A stretch of 62,432 bases of DNA from Aplysia californica (taxonomy: Eukaryota). A program made the position numbers and the translations under genes. The notes under the pieces were generated by a model. The model did no database searches. It was not told the DNA's origin and was given only the letters and a program-made list of their open reading frames with translations. The stretch is from positions 298,527-360,958 of the forward strand of contig NW_004797725.1 in assembly GCF_000002075.1 (NCBI RefSeq). Direction: 5' to 3'. Positions within the stretch are counted from its first letter, which is position 1. Each line of letters starts with the position of its first letter. Below are positions 51,508 to 62,432 of the stretch, piece after piece.

Positions 51508-51895
51508 CAATACCAATAGCTCCATATGTCCCAAAATTGACAAGCGCCTGATTCCACTGCGTTGTGACACATATTGCTGTGGGTCCTGTAAGTAACCACA
51601 TTGCAAGGTAATGTTTTTGACTAGCCAAACAAGTGTTGTGATCCAAGTCAAATGATTAATGGACATTCCGTCAGTGGAAATTCATTTGAAATGTAAAGTG
51701 ATCCATTTTGTGAGAAATTTAAACCTCTCTTGTTACATTAATGATTTATTCGATGTGATATGTATATCACATGAGCATTTCTATGTCATATGCCATTATA
51801 ATGTTAAGTAGTGAAACATGATTACACTTCTATATTGAACGGCATGATATTTCCTACAGAAACAACTTATAATTTTCTGTACAAGTTCCACTTAC

Positions 51896-52033
51896 CTTCC
51901 TTGAACTCAGCTTCCAGCTTTTTCTTTTTTGACGATCTAAACTTTGTCGCTTTTGATGCAAAGATGAAGAATGACAGAAGTGAAGCCATGAAATTAAAAC
52001 TGCTCACAGAGAGGAGAAATCCAACAATAAGGC
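51896..52033 (-). CDS. TMEM19: Transmembrane protein 19, exon 3
   Basis: GLIVGFLLSVSSFNFMASLLSFFIFASKATKFRSSKKKKLEAEFKEG; phase 1/1. Confidence 0.95.
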
Positions 52034-52506
52034 CTGAAAATAGAAAGTAGAAGAGAAAAAAGCAATGAACATAATGAACATTTCTTCTCAGTAAACTTTA
52101 CTCAATCCACTAGGAAACCTGATCATCCTCTCATTGATAAATAACTTAAACTACGTTAATTAGAGTGAGTCACTGCTTTGGTAAAAACATGATAGAGTGA
52201 TCTTAATACCACAATGAGATTGACTTAAAAGAAATCTTTTTAATTTACACCCTTCTCTCTCTCTCTCTCAGCATGCAGGAACTCAATACTCTGCATCTTA
52301 CCTAAGGAACTGACTTGTGTAATGTTATCCTGAAGGAAATTTTATTGCATTATAATGAAATGCAGATAACCAAAAAATGACAGCTGCCCAGGAGTTCGTC
52401 TCCCCCCACTATTTTTCCTCTCTTCTTAGAGGAACAACTAAGGGTTTCTAACCACGGTCCATGTCCACCAATACCTTCTTTCTAGCAAATGTTCAGCCTC
52501 ACTTAC

Positions 52507-52617
52507 CAGCAGCAGCACCAGAACGATCAAGACTCTTTTTTCTCAGGCCATACAGTGCAATAATAAGTGGGGCTATGATGCCCACGGCCCAGTGCAGTGC
52601 AGAAGGAGACCTGAAAT
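52507..52617 (-). CDS. TMEM19: Transmembrane protein 19, exon 2
   Basis: DFRSPSALHWAVGIIAPLIIALYGLRKKSLDRSGAAA (KKSLDxSGA motif); phase 1/1. Confidence 0.93.
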
Positions 52618-53133
52618 CTGAAATACAAAGAGGAGAATAACATAATTAGTTAACAAAAATCATTGTACTCGATTGCACAGGATGAAACACCATGACAAAC
52701 CTTAAAAAGACAAAATCAGAGAAAAAAGCAAATTTTAAAAAAAGGATGTGGGAGACGAGAGGAAAGAAAAACGAAAGGAACATAAAGATGGGAGATTATT
52801 CTTTTTTACATCACGAATTTCAACTCTTTAAATGGTTTCTGAACCCTATGGAAAGTAAAGTGTGACGATAACAGCAACAGACAAAAAGAGAAACAGCTGG
52901 CGTATTGATTGAAAAATTCCAGGAAAAGTACCAAAACTAAACGAGAGAAGATCAATGCCCAGAACAAACGCAAAGAATTTAAAAAAGTGCTTGACTCAAA
53001 ATATCTGGTGCAGGGACGGACCAGATTTATGAACCAACTTTGAGGTATTCAATGAAATCAATGTACGCAGCTGATGATGGCTTCACAGGTTTCATAATTT
53101 TGCTGATGGTTTGTGGCGCAGACTTCCAGTTAA

Positions 53134-54023
53134 CTCACCACACGGTGAAGTAGTACACATATACCTCCAGTGATCTCGTCATGTACTCGAACTTGTGAAA
53201 AACGTGTGGCGAGTTCACCATGGATTGGCAGGCAAACCAACACATGTCAACCTTTAATTTAATAATTAATATTTTAAAAAAGCAAAAACCAGAGTTAATT
53301 CAATCAAAATCTACACATGTTAACCTTTCTGTTTCAACATGTTAAAAAGATAACGGACACATTTTGGGGTGCAATATAAAACCAGTTAAAAATGATCTAT
53401 AATGTAAGCAATAACAAATCTAAAATGGTATAATTCTTAAGATGACTGGTCTAAGTGGTGTGACGAGTCCACTGTTATTTGGATACTTTTTTTTTTCCGG
53501 TGAACTTGCCACACATTTTTCAGCTATGTTGAATTCACCGAGTGACGAGTTCTCTGGTTTCGGAGGTGCAATAGCACATTACGAACTTCAGATCCTCAAA
53601 AGTATTTCCTGTGGCCAAGTAATGCAGTGTAATGCTCCGTAGGAGGGGCTCACGTATCGGTAGTTTGCTTTCTGATCAGGGGCTCAACCATTTGCAACAG
53701 CTCATTTAATTGTAGGACCGGACATCCATGCAGAAAGTTTTGAAGTTTTGAAAATCCTGAGGCTCATATATGTTTGAGTTCACGTAGTAATAATTTTTGT
53801 GTGTATTCAAACTTTGAACACTGCAGAAACCATTCTTTTGACTATTCCGCACGTTTCCTTTTTGGGAAATCATCTTCGTTTTCTGCAGCAAGAGCAAGAA
53901 CTGCCAGCTGGGTCAAAATCCCCCATCCTGTCTCAGTGGGTTGCAATCTAACCAAAATGTCCAAAATGAGCCTGGTTTGAGCAATTAAATCGTCAATTTT
54001 ATATTGAGCTGTGTACCGTGTGG
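53134..54023. mobile_element. Possible decayed DNA transposon
   Basis: Short inverted ends CCACACGGT / ACCGTGTGG; TTAA on the left only; no clean TSD. Confidence 0.3.
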
Positions 54024-54458
54024 GTAACCTAAAAACTGTCAATTTATTGTGCAACCAGGACGGCACAATAATTGATCGTGTATGGGCTGTTTTACTATTT
54101 AGGCTCGAACAGCTACAGAGACTTGACCATTGCGAGTTCGAGTACTAATTGCTTGATATCAATTTTTATTAGTAAAATCATCATTTTATAGGTCACAGTA
54201 GCCTAGTCTGCACAAAGTTGCAAAAATAATTGATGATGGGACTGCACTAACTGCAGACTGCAGAGTGTCGTTACACATTGACAATGTCAGTCGCAATTCG
54301 TACTAGATTTAACTACCAGAATCGTAGTTTAACTACACTCTGAAGACTAGATTTTCTAGATCCGTATCAAATTATTATATTCAATTTAAATTCTAAGATG
54401 ATAATGAACGTTCCAAATTCAGATCAGCAGAGTCAGTATCAGACAAGAAGGCACTCAC

Positions 54459-54546
54459 CAGGTTTGAATCCTGAATAAATTGAAGTCATTGCCCACAATA
54501 AGCCAAGTAAAAACAGCATAAAAGAAAGGAAAACAGCAAAGCACAT
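54459..54546 (-). CDS. TMEM19: Transmembrane protein 19, exon 1
   Basis: MCFAVFLSFMLFLLGLLWAMTSIYSGFKP, donor CTG|GTGAGT phase 1. The full CDS is 975 nt = 324 aa. Confidence 0.82.
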
Positions 54547-55471
54547 TATTCCATTGCGGTAACTAGATCTAGGGGTGGATTAACCTTCTTTTTTTTTTTT
54601 TTGTAAGCACTTTGAAACACTTAGATCTAGGCCTAGGCTATCTGCGCACTCTCTTCACATCTCTATTCAAATACAAGACAAGCTGCTGAACGATGTCTGA
54701 CCGGCCGCCGAGTCAACCAACGACTTCTCAGTCAGTAGGCCAAGTGGCCCGAAGTTCTCATCTCAGAAGTTTTCAGACTGAGCAATAACACAAACAATGA
54801 CCAAAGACCAAAGTTAAATACGGAGACGTAAGGCGGGGGGAGCTAACTCTCCGCAATTTGCCAAATTTATATTTAAAAAAAACAACAGTGTAGGCTATAC
54901 ACACTACACTACTACACACTAGATCTAGGCCTCTAGGCCAACTGTAGAATACTGTAGATCTTCATATTACACGCACCACAGTCAGTCAGTCAACACAGCA
55001 AATCGGCCTCTAGACGTCTAGTTCAAGCCTCAAGATTGTGTGGTTCCTCTCTCGGATTAGATTCTAGTAAATACATTATTGAATGAGAATGTATTGTTGT
55101 AACCCCCCCACCCCCTTGCGGGCGCACTGACATCTCTGGACAGTTAATACACAACTAAATCACAAAAAAATCCCTCCTATGGCCCTGTGTCTCGCTATTC
55201 CAACCCCCTCAGGTGTGCTAGCAAACAGTAGGCCTATACTACAGTCTATAGACACTCACAGAACAGCACAGAGAATAAGTTGTTGAGATAAGTTTCAGGT
55301 TTAGTTTATGGCAACGAACTGGGTGAAGGCCATTTCACCCCATCATCCATGAATCATGAACAGCTAACAACAGTGAAAAAAACACACACACACAAAAAAA
55401 ATAGACTAGAAATCTAGTCTAGATCCATCTAGATATCTAGATATTCTAGATCAGTAATCTATGGATGCAAG

Positions 55472-56298
55472 CAGTGGCGGTGGGTAGTGAAGGGCTTACG
55501 GGCTTGAGCCCCTCACCCCCGCCCCCTCTCCGCCCCAACTCTATCCCTTAGTTACTGAAAGTTTCTTAAATAACGAAATAATAAGCAGTTGAAACCGTCA
55601 TGATCGCACGCAATGAACACAGTTATCAGCTTGGTGGCTTGCCCGTTTATCCAATCATTGTTGTCACCACTTACAACTATAGTAACCTAACAGCCAATCA
55701 AATGTCATTAGTTAGGGCTCAGAAAGAATAAGCCGGTTCCCACGCCCGTCTTTAATGAAACTCTTCTTGTTAAAAGGTAGAGAAGACTTTTACAAAATTA
55801 CACTGCACAGAGGGCTCACGCTCTCCCAGCCCTGACAATGGGGTGAAAGTTTACGACACACTTTCCCCCAGTGACACAGATACCTATGCGCCCATTGGGC
55901 CTTTGTTAGGCGCGTTCTATTTTCCGCAACAACACGACCCTATCCACCTCATAGAACGTATGTGTTTGGAGTGCTGTGTGTTTGTGCCGCTGAGATTTAA
56001 CAGTTATTAATTACATCAAACCACTTTTGAGGCAACTTTTTCTTCAGATAAAAACTAATTAGAGAAATTTGGAGGTGAAACAGCTTCGTCCCCACCATCC
56101 AGAAGAGCTTAACTTTAACTAAGAGCAAAGAGATGGAAGACAAAGGTGACTTCTCGTTTGAAAGGTTCTCAAAATGCCGTGGCTCGCAGTGAGTATAGAA
56201 AAGTTATCACTGTTTTGTTCTTATTGCTTGCTTTTTGGTGATGAAGAAGTGGGAGAAACCTAAACCCCACCCAAATCTTGGTCCACCCACCGCCACTG
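55472..56298. mobile_element. hAT-type non-autonomous element between TMEM19 and GPN2
   Basis: Perfect 14-bp TIR CAGTGGCGGTGGGT / ACCCACCGCCACTG. Perfect 8-bp TSD GATGCAAG (55464-55471, 56299-56306). Confidence 0.9.
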
Positions 56299-56566
56299 GA
56301 TGCAAGGACAAAATGTCAAGACTCAAGAGCAGAACGTAGATACCTACGGGTCCTCACAATTATAGATCTAGATTCTATCGCCTCATGCCCATGCTCACAC
56401 CGGGGTGGGGGTGAGAATAGCGGGTCATGAGCTATTCTCACCAGGGGTGAGAATATATAGAAGTGGCCATATAAAGTCAGTTTAAACTTTGAGTATTGAT
56501 ATATTCTATGTTATAAGTGTCGTCTTTATTATCTTTTCTTTTTCAGGCTGCTGAATTTATGAAACG

Positions 56567-56624
56567 ATGTTTGGGCAGATAGTCATTGGTCCTCCAGGGG
56601 CAGGGAAAACAACATACTGTCATG
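56567..56624 (+). CDS. GPN2: GPN-loop GTPase 2, coding exon 1
   Basis: MFGQIVIGPPGAGKTTYCH(G) P-loop. Acceptor at 56546 implies an upstream non-coding exon. Donor G|GTGAGA. Confidence 0.93.
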
Positions 56625-58442
56625 GTGAGACCGAAATTTAAAGAAACTAAAATGAAACTGTAGTGTGGAGTATTACCAGATACTGATTCTTTTTAAATTT
56701 TTACAACGATTAAGTGTGGTAGCATGAGGACTGACTCTCTGAATGCTACTCAATTGGCCACTACTGTCAAAGAAAATATTCTGCTAAGCTAATTAGTCAA
56801 TGACTGTCTAAGTTCTGAAACTCAAAATCTGCCTGAAAAGGAATTAATTATCTTTCATCTTGAAATTTTTGTTTTTGTCATTTCACTTCAACAGTTTGTC
56901 CTTTTAATTCTGGGCTTTTACAGAGCTTCTTTTGAAAGATACAGTTCTATCACCCACACCCCTGTCTCCCTTTTAGTTGTTTTTTTTCTTGCTTTTTATA
57001 TCACACATCTTTTTAAATTCATTTAGTTTTTTAAAGAGGTGGCTGTGTGAGCATAAAAATGTACGTTTTCATTTGCCTGTATCCATGTATGTTCCACTAG
57101 TCCTATCGCAATATGAAGGGGACTCTACATATTAAATAATTAATGTTCATGTGTCGTTGGACTAGTAGATCACCATGACATGTGTCACGACGTGGTGGAA
57201 TCAGGCACTTGTCAGTTTTTGGAGCATGTGGAGAATTGGTCTAATCTTAAAGCCTATTCAATTACCTTGCTTTTGGTTTTAAAAAATACCCATCTATCTC
57301 GAATTGAAGTCGAAGTATAAAATTTACAATTGAAAGTAGGTGTGGGCTGAAAAAATGGCCACCAAACTAGTGGTTTCCAAAGCTGCACTGTCTGATGAAA
57401 CTGCAATTCTACAATTCTTGTGCCTTTGATCAACGATTTTCTATTAGAAAATCCATGGAGGAATGTGTTTTTAAATGGACATAAGAGGTGTTGAGCCCAA
57501 AGTAAGAAAATTGATAAAAATTCCTTAACGTGCAGTAAAATGTAGATTTCTTTGGTTTGATCATTTTGGCGAGCACCTGATTTCACCATTATGCCTCACA
57601 TACACGAGCAAAAGTGAGCACTCACTTTCGTAAGACCACACAGTCAAATGCTACACACTTGCAGGCTACAAAAAAAGAGCACAGGTTCCACAGTGTGGTC
57701 ATATCGGACTGAAATTCTTGTCAGTCTGTTTCATGAACCTCTTTCTCTTTTTTTTTTTTCGTAACTTAAAATTTCCTTTCTTCTTTTGGAATTTGTTCTG
57801 AGTTCTATAAACGTTTCAATTTTCCTGTTATGATTCTACCTTACAAAATTAATTTTATATTCATTTTCTGTAGCTGTTATGATTTATTGACTTGAAGTAG
57901 TTGAAGTGTATGTAAATCTAGCCATATTTTGCAGATGTTAGGCACAGCTTAAGTCTGTAGTTGTTAGGTTTTTAATTTTTTTTATTATTGATTTTATTAT
58001 AGATAATGGCCAAGATTCAGCTTCTAGGCCCAAACGTACCTACTTATGTAACATTAAGTAATGAATGTGGGAGGAAGTGAACATAGCTGCAACCTGGTAC
58101 TTGTACCATGATGGATGTCTTGATTATAATAGAAAATAAACTATTTTTTTTAATGTGGGCACATGCTGATTGTTTCATCAGTCCAAACAAGTTCAAAATA
58201 TAACTATGGTTTTCACTCATGGTAATGTTTGGTACCTCTACTCTACATCACAATCACATCTCCTTGTAATCAAATGTTCACTTTGACACAATTAACTCAC
58301 AGACATTACCTTAATAAAAAAAAGAAGTGTTTTGCTTTTAAAGTCTTTTTGTGCTTATTAAGGTCTCCTCTTCACTGACAAGCAGTGGTTTTGATTTTAG
58401 TTGTTTTTTTTAAAGAGCTTTTGTATGATTCCTCTTCTCTAG

Positions 58443-58702
58443 GCATGCAACAGTTTCTGTCTTCCTTGAAACGTGAGGTTGCTGTCATAAACATGGACCC
58501 AGCAAATGACATCCTTCCTTACCCATGTGATGTGGACATATCGGAGCTCGTGTCTTTAGAGGATGTGATGGCCCATCTGCGTCTTGGGCCTAATGGTGGG
58601 CTTGTATATTGCATGGAATATTTGGAACAAAATATTGACTGGTTAAAGGCAAAGTTGGATGGGTTAAAAGACAAATACCTGCTGTTTGACTTCCCTGGAC
58701 AG
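58443..58702 (+). CDS. GPN2: GPN-loop GTPase 2, coding exon 2
   Basis: VINMDPAND...[14 protein letters not shown]...LFDFPGQ (GPN loop, G3); phase 1/0. Confidence 0.96.
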
Positions 58703-59837
58703 GTGAATGTATTTCATTGTTTCTTTGTGTGTATTAATGCTGTTTCTTTAAGCTGTATTATAGATCAAGGTTAACCTTAAGTACTGACTTTGTGAAAGTT
58801 AATTTGTGTTTAGCAAGAAGAATTGAATGGAAATGCCTTCTGATAAATATAAGCAAGAGCTGGTCTCCACAATGGGCGACATGTTGCTATTTTATTCAGT
58901 TCCATTGATAAGTTAAGTTTTTTAAAAACTAAATGAATGGGAACTTGGACCTAAAATACAGTGGGATCAACCTTGAAACTGGGGAAACTGCTCATGAAAG
59001 GTGTCTTCAAATAAAATGCTTTAGAGTTCATCATCAAAATGGACAAGCTTTGATTCCATGAATCTTCCTTGTGTTCTTGAGCATTTGAAGAATAAATTTG
59101 AAAAAAAGTATGTTAAAGAAATTGTTGTTCTTTTTAATTCTATGCATTTTTTTTGGTAATAAAAACCCCCATAAAAATTAGTAGTTGGTTTTATTTACAG
59201 TCTCTTTTTCCGTTGTTTTCAGTTGCACACAAATGTAAACTCCATATGGCAGCATATGACAGTGCTTTCAGTCATACATATTTTTACGGGAATCTGTACA
59301 TCCTGAAAATCCCATAGAACATATGTTTTAGGTGTAAATGAAGAAATCAGATAAAATGAGACAAACTTGTGAAAATTTGGGATTTGTGGGTTGTTGGCAA
59401 TCCTTCCAGACATGCTCCCAAATGCCTTTTTCAATTCTTTGAATACACAAAATTTCAATTTCTTTTGGGGTTTTGTTCCCTGAACCCCCCACCAGGATGC
59501 TGTCCGTGGACCCTGAACATCACATATAATTTTCCCTACTTTTCTGCTTTGTCTGTTGGAAGCACTGACACTTACATGTTTTGTTTGCTTTTTTTGTAAG
59601 AGTATGGCACTTGCAACACAATATCATATAAGTTCCGAAGAATAGATGTGTTACAAGAGAGTAACGTATATATACAAAACGGAGGAGAAATTTTATATAA
59701 GGATGATAAATGTTTGATAGGAAAGAAGGAGCAAACCGCACCAGAGCACCCACTAACCACCCACACTAAGATGTTTGAACTTTATTAACTTTTAGTTGAA
59801 GTTTCGATATGTTGTGTTTTTATTTGACCTGTATCAG

Positions 59838-59999
59838 GTAGAGCTGTTCACCCACCACAACTCTGTGAAGAATATTCTTGAGAAGTTGACTTCATGGGAT
59901 GTCCGGCTAACTGCTGTCCACCTTGTGGACTCTCATTACTGCACTGATCCCGGGAAATTTGTGGCTGTTCTACTGACATCCCTGAACACAATGTTACAG
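59838..59999 (+). CDS. GPN2: GPN-loop GTPase 2, coding exon 3
   Basis: VELFTHH...[15 protein letters not shown]...TMLQ, a GPN2-type sequence. Confidence 0.96.
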
Positions 60000-61316
60000 G
60001 TAATACAAAATGATCCTCTTGAATTTGTAACATACTTCCTCAATTTTTAAAGTTACATGATTTCTTTCACTGCTCTTTGAAAACATTGTCTCTTTTATGT
60101 TATTTATGTTCTCATGTACCATAGCAGAGCTGTAACTGGTAATCTTTGTATAGCTGAAGTGACAAAATATGTGAACATTTTAAACTTTATACATGTTACT
60201 CTCCCCAAGGGTTGCACACTGGTTGCCCTTCCCTTTTCTTTAGTTTTGGTAAGGGTATTACGGTGCTCAATACTGCATAAGGTAGTATGAGCATGCCAGC
60301 AGTTTTGGCAGGAATTAATTTTGAATTTTGCTGGGATGGTGGCTGAAACCTACTCTTATTCATTTTAGGACCACCAAGGGATCTTTAACATGTGTAATTT
60401 GCACAGGGGACCTCTGAGATTTTTTCGCCCTCTTTTGAGAAGGCAAGGTGTTCGATCTTACCTACCCAAAGATCAAGGGTATGGCTGAAAGACAGCAGGA
60501 AGAAAGAGCTAGGAGTAGCAATGGAAAGAGTCAGGAGCCAAGAGGAGGGGGGGAGTGGGGAAAGGGGGGGGGGCAAAATGAGGCAAACACTGTACCTCTA
60601 GACCACGAGAGCACCCCCCCCTCCCCCTTTCCCTTTTTCTCTGCTAAGTTTTCTCATTTTGATGATGAAATGAGGATTATATTTCACGCTGAACAACAAG
60701 ATCACTTAAAATTTGTTGAAAGTATTTGCTGCTTTGTTTTTATGATGGTGGTTGCTTTTGTTGCTGTTGTTGTACTGAAAGCAGTATACTCAAAGATATT
60801 ACAAGACAAGATGGGCCACTCAGCCTAAAAAGTGTCCGCAGGAAGTATGCTCTTTGCTTCAGATGGCGCTGCAGTCTGTTTTGAAGCTCTCTTTCGTTTT
60901 TCCAGAAGAAGAATAGGAATAGCACCTCCTTGCGTGCGCAGATCGACTGCTGTTCATCAGCAGTTCGAGTTCGTTCAGTGCAGAGTTTTAGGTTATTTAT
61001 ACTTTAATGACCTCTCGCCTTTCATTCTAAAGTCAAATTAAACGAAGAAAACAATCACCCTTTCCTCCGGAAGAGGTTTTTTGTCAGCGTAACCATTTTT
61101 AAAAAGCGTTCTTCCGAAATTTATCCCAAAACTTGCTAGTTTCACTTTGATTTTTAAAAACTCAAGTAGGGTAACTCTGTTCGCAAAGAGTGCGCTTTTG
61201 TGAAGAGGGCGCCACCAAATTTTGAGGACACTTTTTTAATTGGCTCAAAGAGAGAAGTGGCCCATCTTGTTATGTACTATCATTGGTATACTGATGTCAT
61301 GTTATTTTTGTTTCAG

Positions 61317-61442
61317 CTGAGTTTGCCTCATGTGAACGTGTTGTCAAAAGTTGATCTAATTGAGAAACATGGCAAACTTGCATTCAATCCTGATTTCTAC
61401 ACTGATGTGCTGGATCTGCAGTTTTTGCTTGATCTTCTTCAG
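61317..61442 (+). CDS. GPN2: GPN-loop GTPase 2, coding exon 4
   Basis: [14 protein letters not shown]...FYTDVLDL; phase 0/0. Confidence 0.96.
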
Positions 61443-61664
61443 GTGATTTCTTTCAAACCTTTATGAATATTAGTCATCCCATGTCTTAACCTAGGAAGAT
61501 GATTAGTTAACATAGTTCTGGAAATATAAACTAACTCTTGATGTCTCACTTTTTGTAAAACGTATCTGCAACAATTGAGTCTTTTTCATTCATAGCGCCT
61601 GCGGTTAGTTAAAGATTCTCTTTGATTACAATTTAATCATTTTAAATGCCTTAATTCTTTGATA

Positions 61665-61843
61665 CAGTCGAAATTGTCCAAGACAGCCACCCAGTGTTGA
61701 TGACAAAAGTGGTTGTCTTTGAAAAAGTCTTGAACAGTATCATTATTATGTAGCAAAAACACAATATGAAAGTGGGAAGTGGTTGTTAGTACAGGTGATT
61801 GTCTTGGACAGATGGTTGTTAAAGCAGGTTTGCCTGTTGACTG
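61665..61843. mobile_element. Short Tc1/pogo-type MITE
   Basis: TA|CAGTCGA ... TTGACTG|TA with internal GACAGCCAC/GTGGTTGTC motifs. Confidence 0.55.
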
Positions 61844-62247
61844 TATGTGTGCTCATTGGTTAATTGTTTATTTTTACTCATTTAGAATCATATATTTGAA
61901 AAATGCTTTTGTTTAGAAAAAGTTCTCAAATATAAATGACCAGGTGTATTCTTTGAATTATAAACTCCATTCCTCACACTCTCTGATGCCTTTTGGTACC
62001 TTGATTATTTATTTTGTTCATTTTGAATATTTATCATTCTACAGGTTACTACACTCTAGTAAAAAAAAATCATATGTAAAATGTGCTGAACAAAGAATAA
62101 CAGAGTTAAATGGGAAGGTTAAGAAAATGTGCTCCTGTTTGTTATGTATGTTTCACATCATTTACATTTTTTAAAATATTTGTTTCCTGTGGTTCACTGA
62201 CTCGGAAGTTGTTCTCTAATTTTCTTTGTAATTGACCTTGTCTGCAG

Positions 62248-62346
62248 GATGATCCTCTGCTGCACAAGTACAAAAAACTTAATGAGGCTCTTGTGGGCAT
62301 AGTTGAAGACTACAGCCTTGTGAGTTTCTTGCCCCTGAGTGTTGAG
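62248..62346 (+). CDS. GPN2: GPN-loop GTPase 2, coding exon 5 (gene continues beyond window)
   Basis: DDPLLHKYKKLNEALVGIVEDYSLVSFLPLSVE|GTGAG. Confidence 0.95.
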
Positions 62347-62432
62347 GTGAGCAAGTTTTTTTCTTCTTCTTTTTCTTCTTCTCCTCCTCCTCATCCTCCT
62401 CCTCCTCCTCCTCCTCCCCCTTCCTCCTCCTT

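Noticed and set aside
52611-52612. Second AG acceptor 7 nt inside TMEM19 exon 2
   Set aside because: Using it would shift the frame relative to exon 1.

Overview
Eukaryotic (animal) draft-assembly scaffold, AT-rich, with GT-AG spliceosomal introns, microsatellites and nine N-gaps. The repeat landscape suggests a marine invertebrate, possibly a gastropod mollusc (inference). Genes spliced by hand: (1) an unidentified low-complexity protein gene on - (exons 7568-6554 and 5157-4386, continuing toward or past the left edge); (2) complete two-exon HIGD2A on - with a 13.5-kb intron; (3) two intact KCNT/Slo2 (Slack) Na+-activated K+ channel exons on +, inside the HIGD2A intron and missed by the ORF track, on a gap-bounded contig flanked by a duplicated ~106-bp sequence (interleaved gene, duplicated fragment or mis-scaffolding); (4) an uncharacterised ~184-186 aa gene on + with a two-copy internal repeat and an RFX X-box-like site; (5) complete 7-exon TMEM19 on -; (6) GPN2 on +, five coding exons, running off the right edge. 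Introns hold many transposons with readable TIRs/TSDs: a Chapaev-like (RAG1/Transib-related) element, hAT, Merlin-like, P-like, pogo/Tc1 and piggyBac-like MITEs, tRNA-SINEs, a ~185-bp head-less retroposon, an I-group LINE fragment, and several nested insertions. Short palindromes (TAGATCTA/TAGGCCTA) cluster at gene 5' ends. No CRISPR, rRNA or true tRNA gene was seen. All calls are by eye; no database searches were run.
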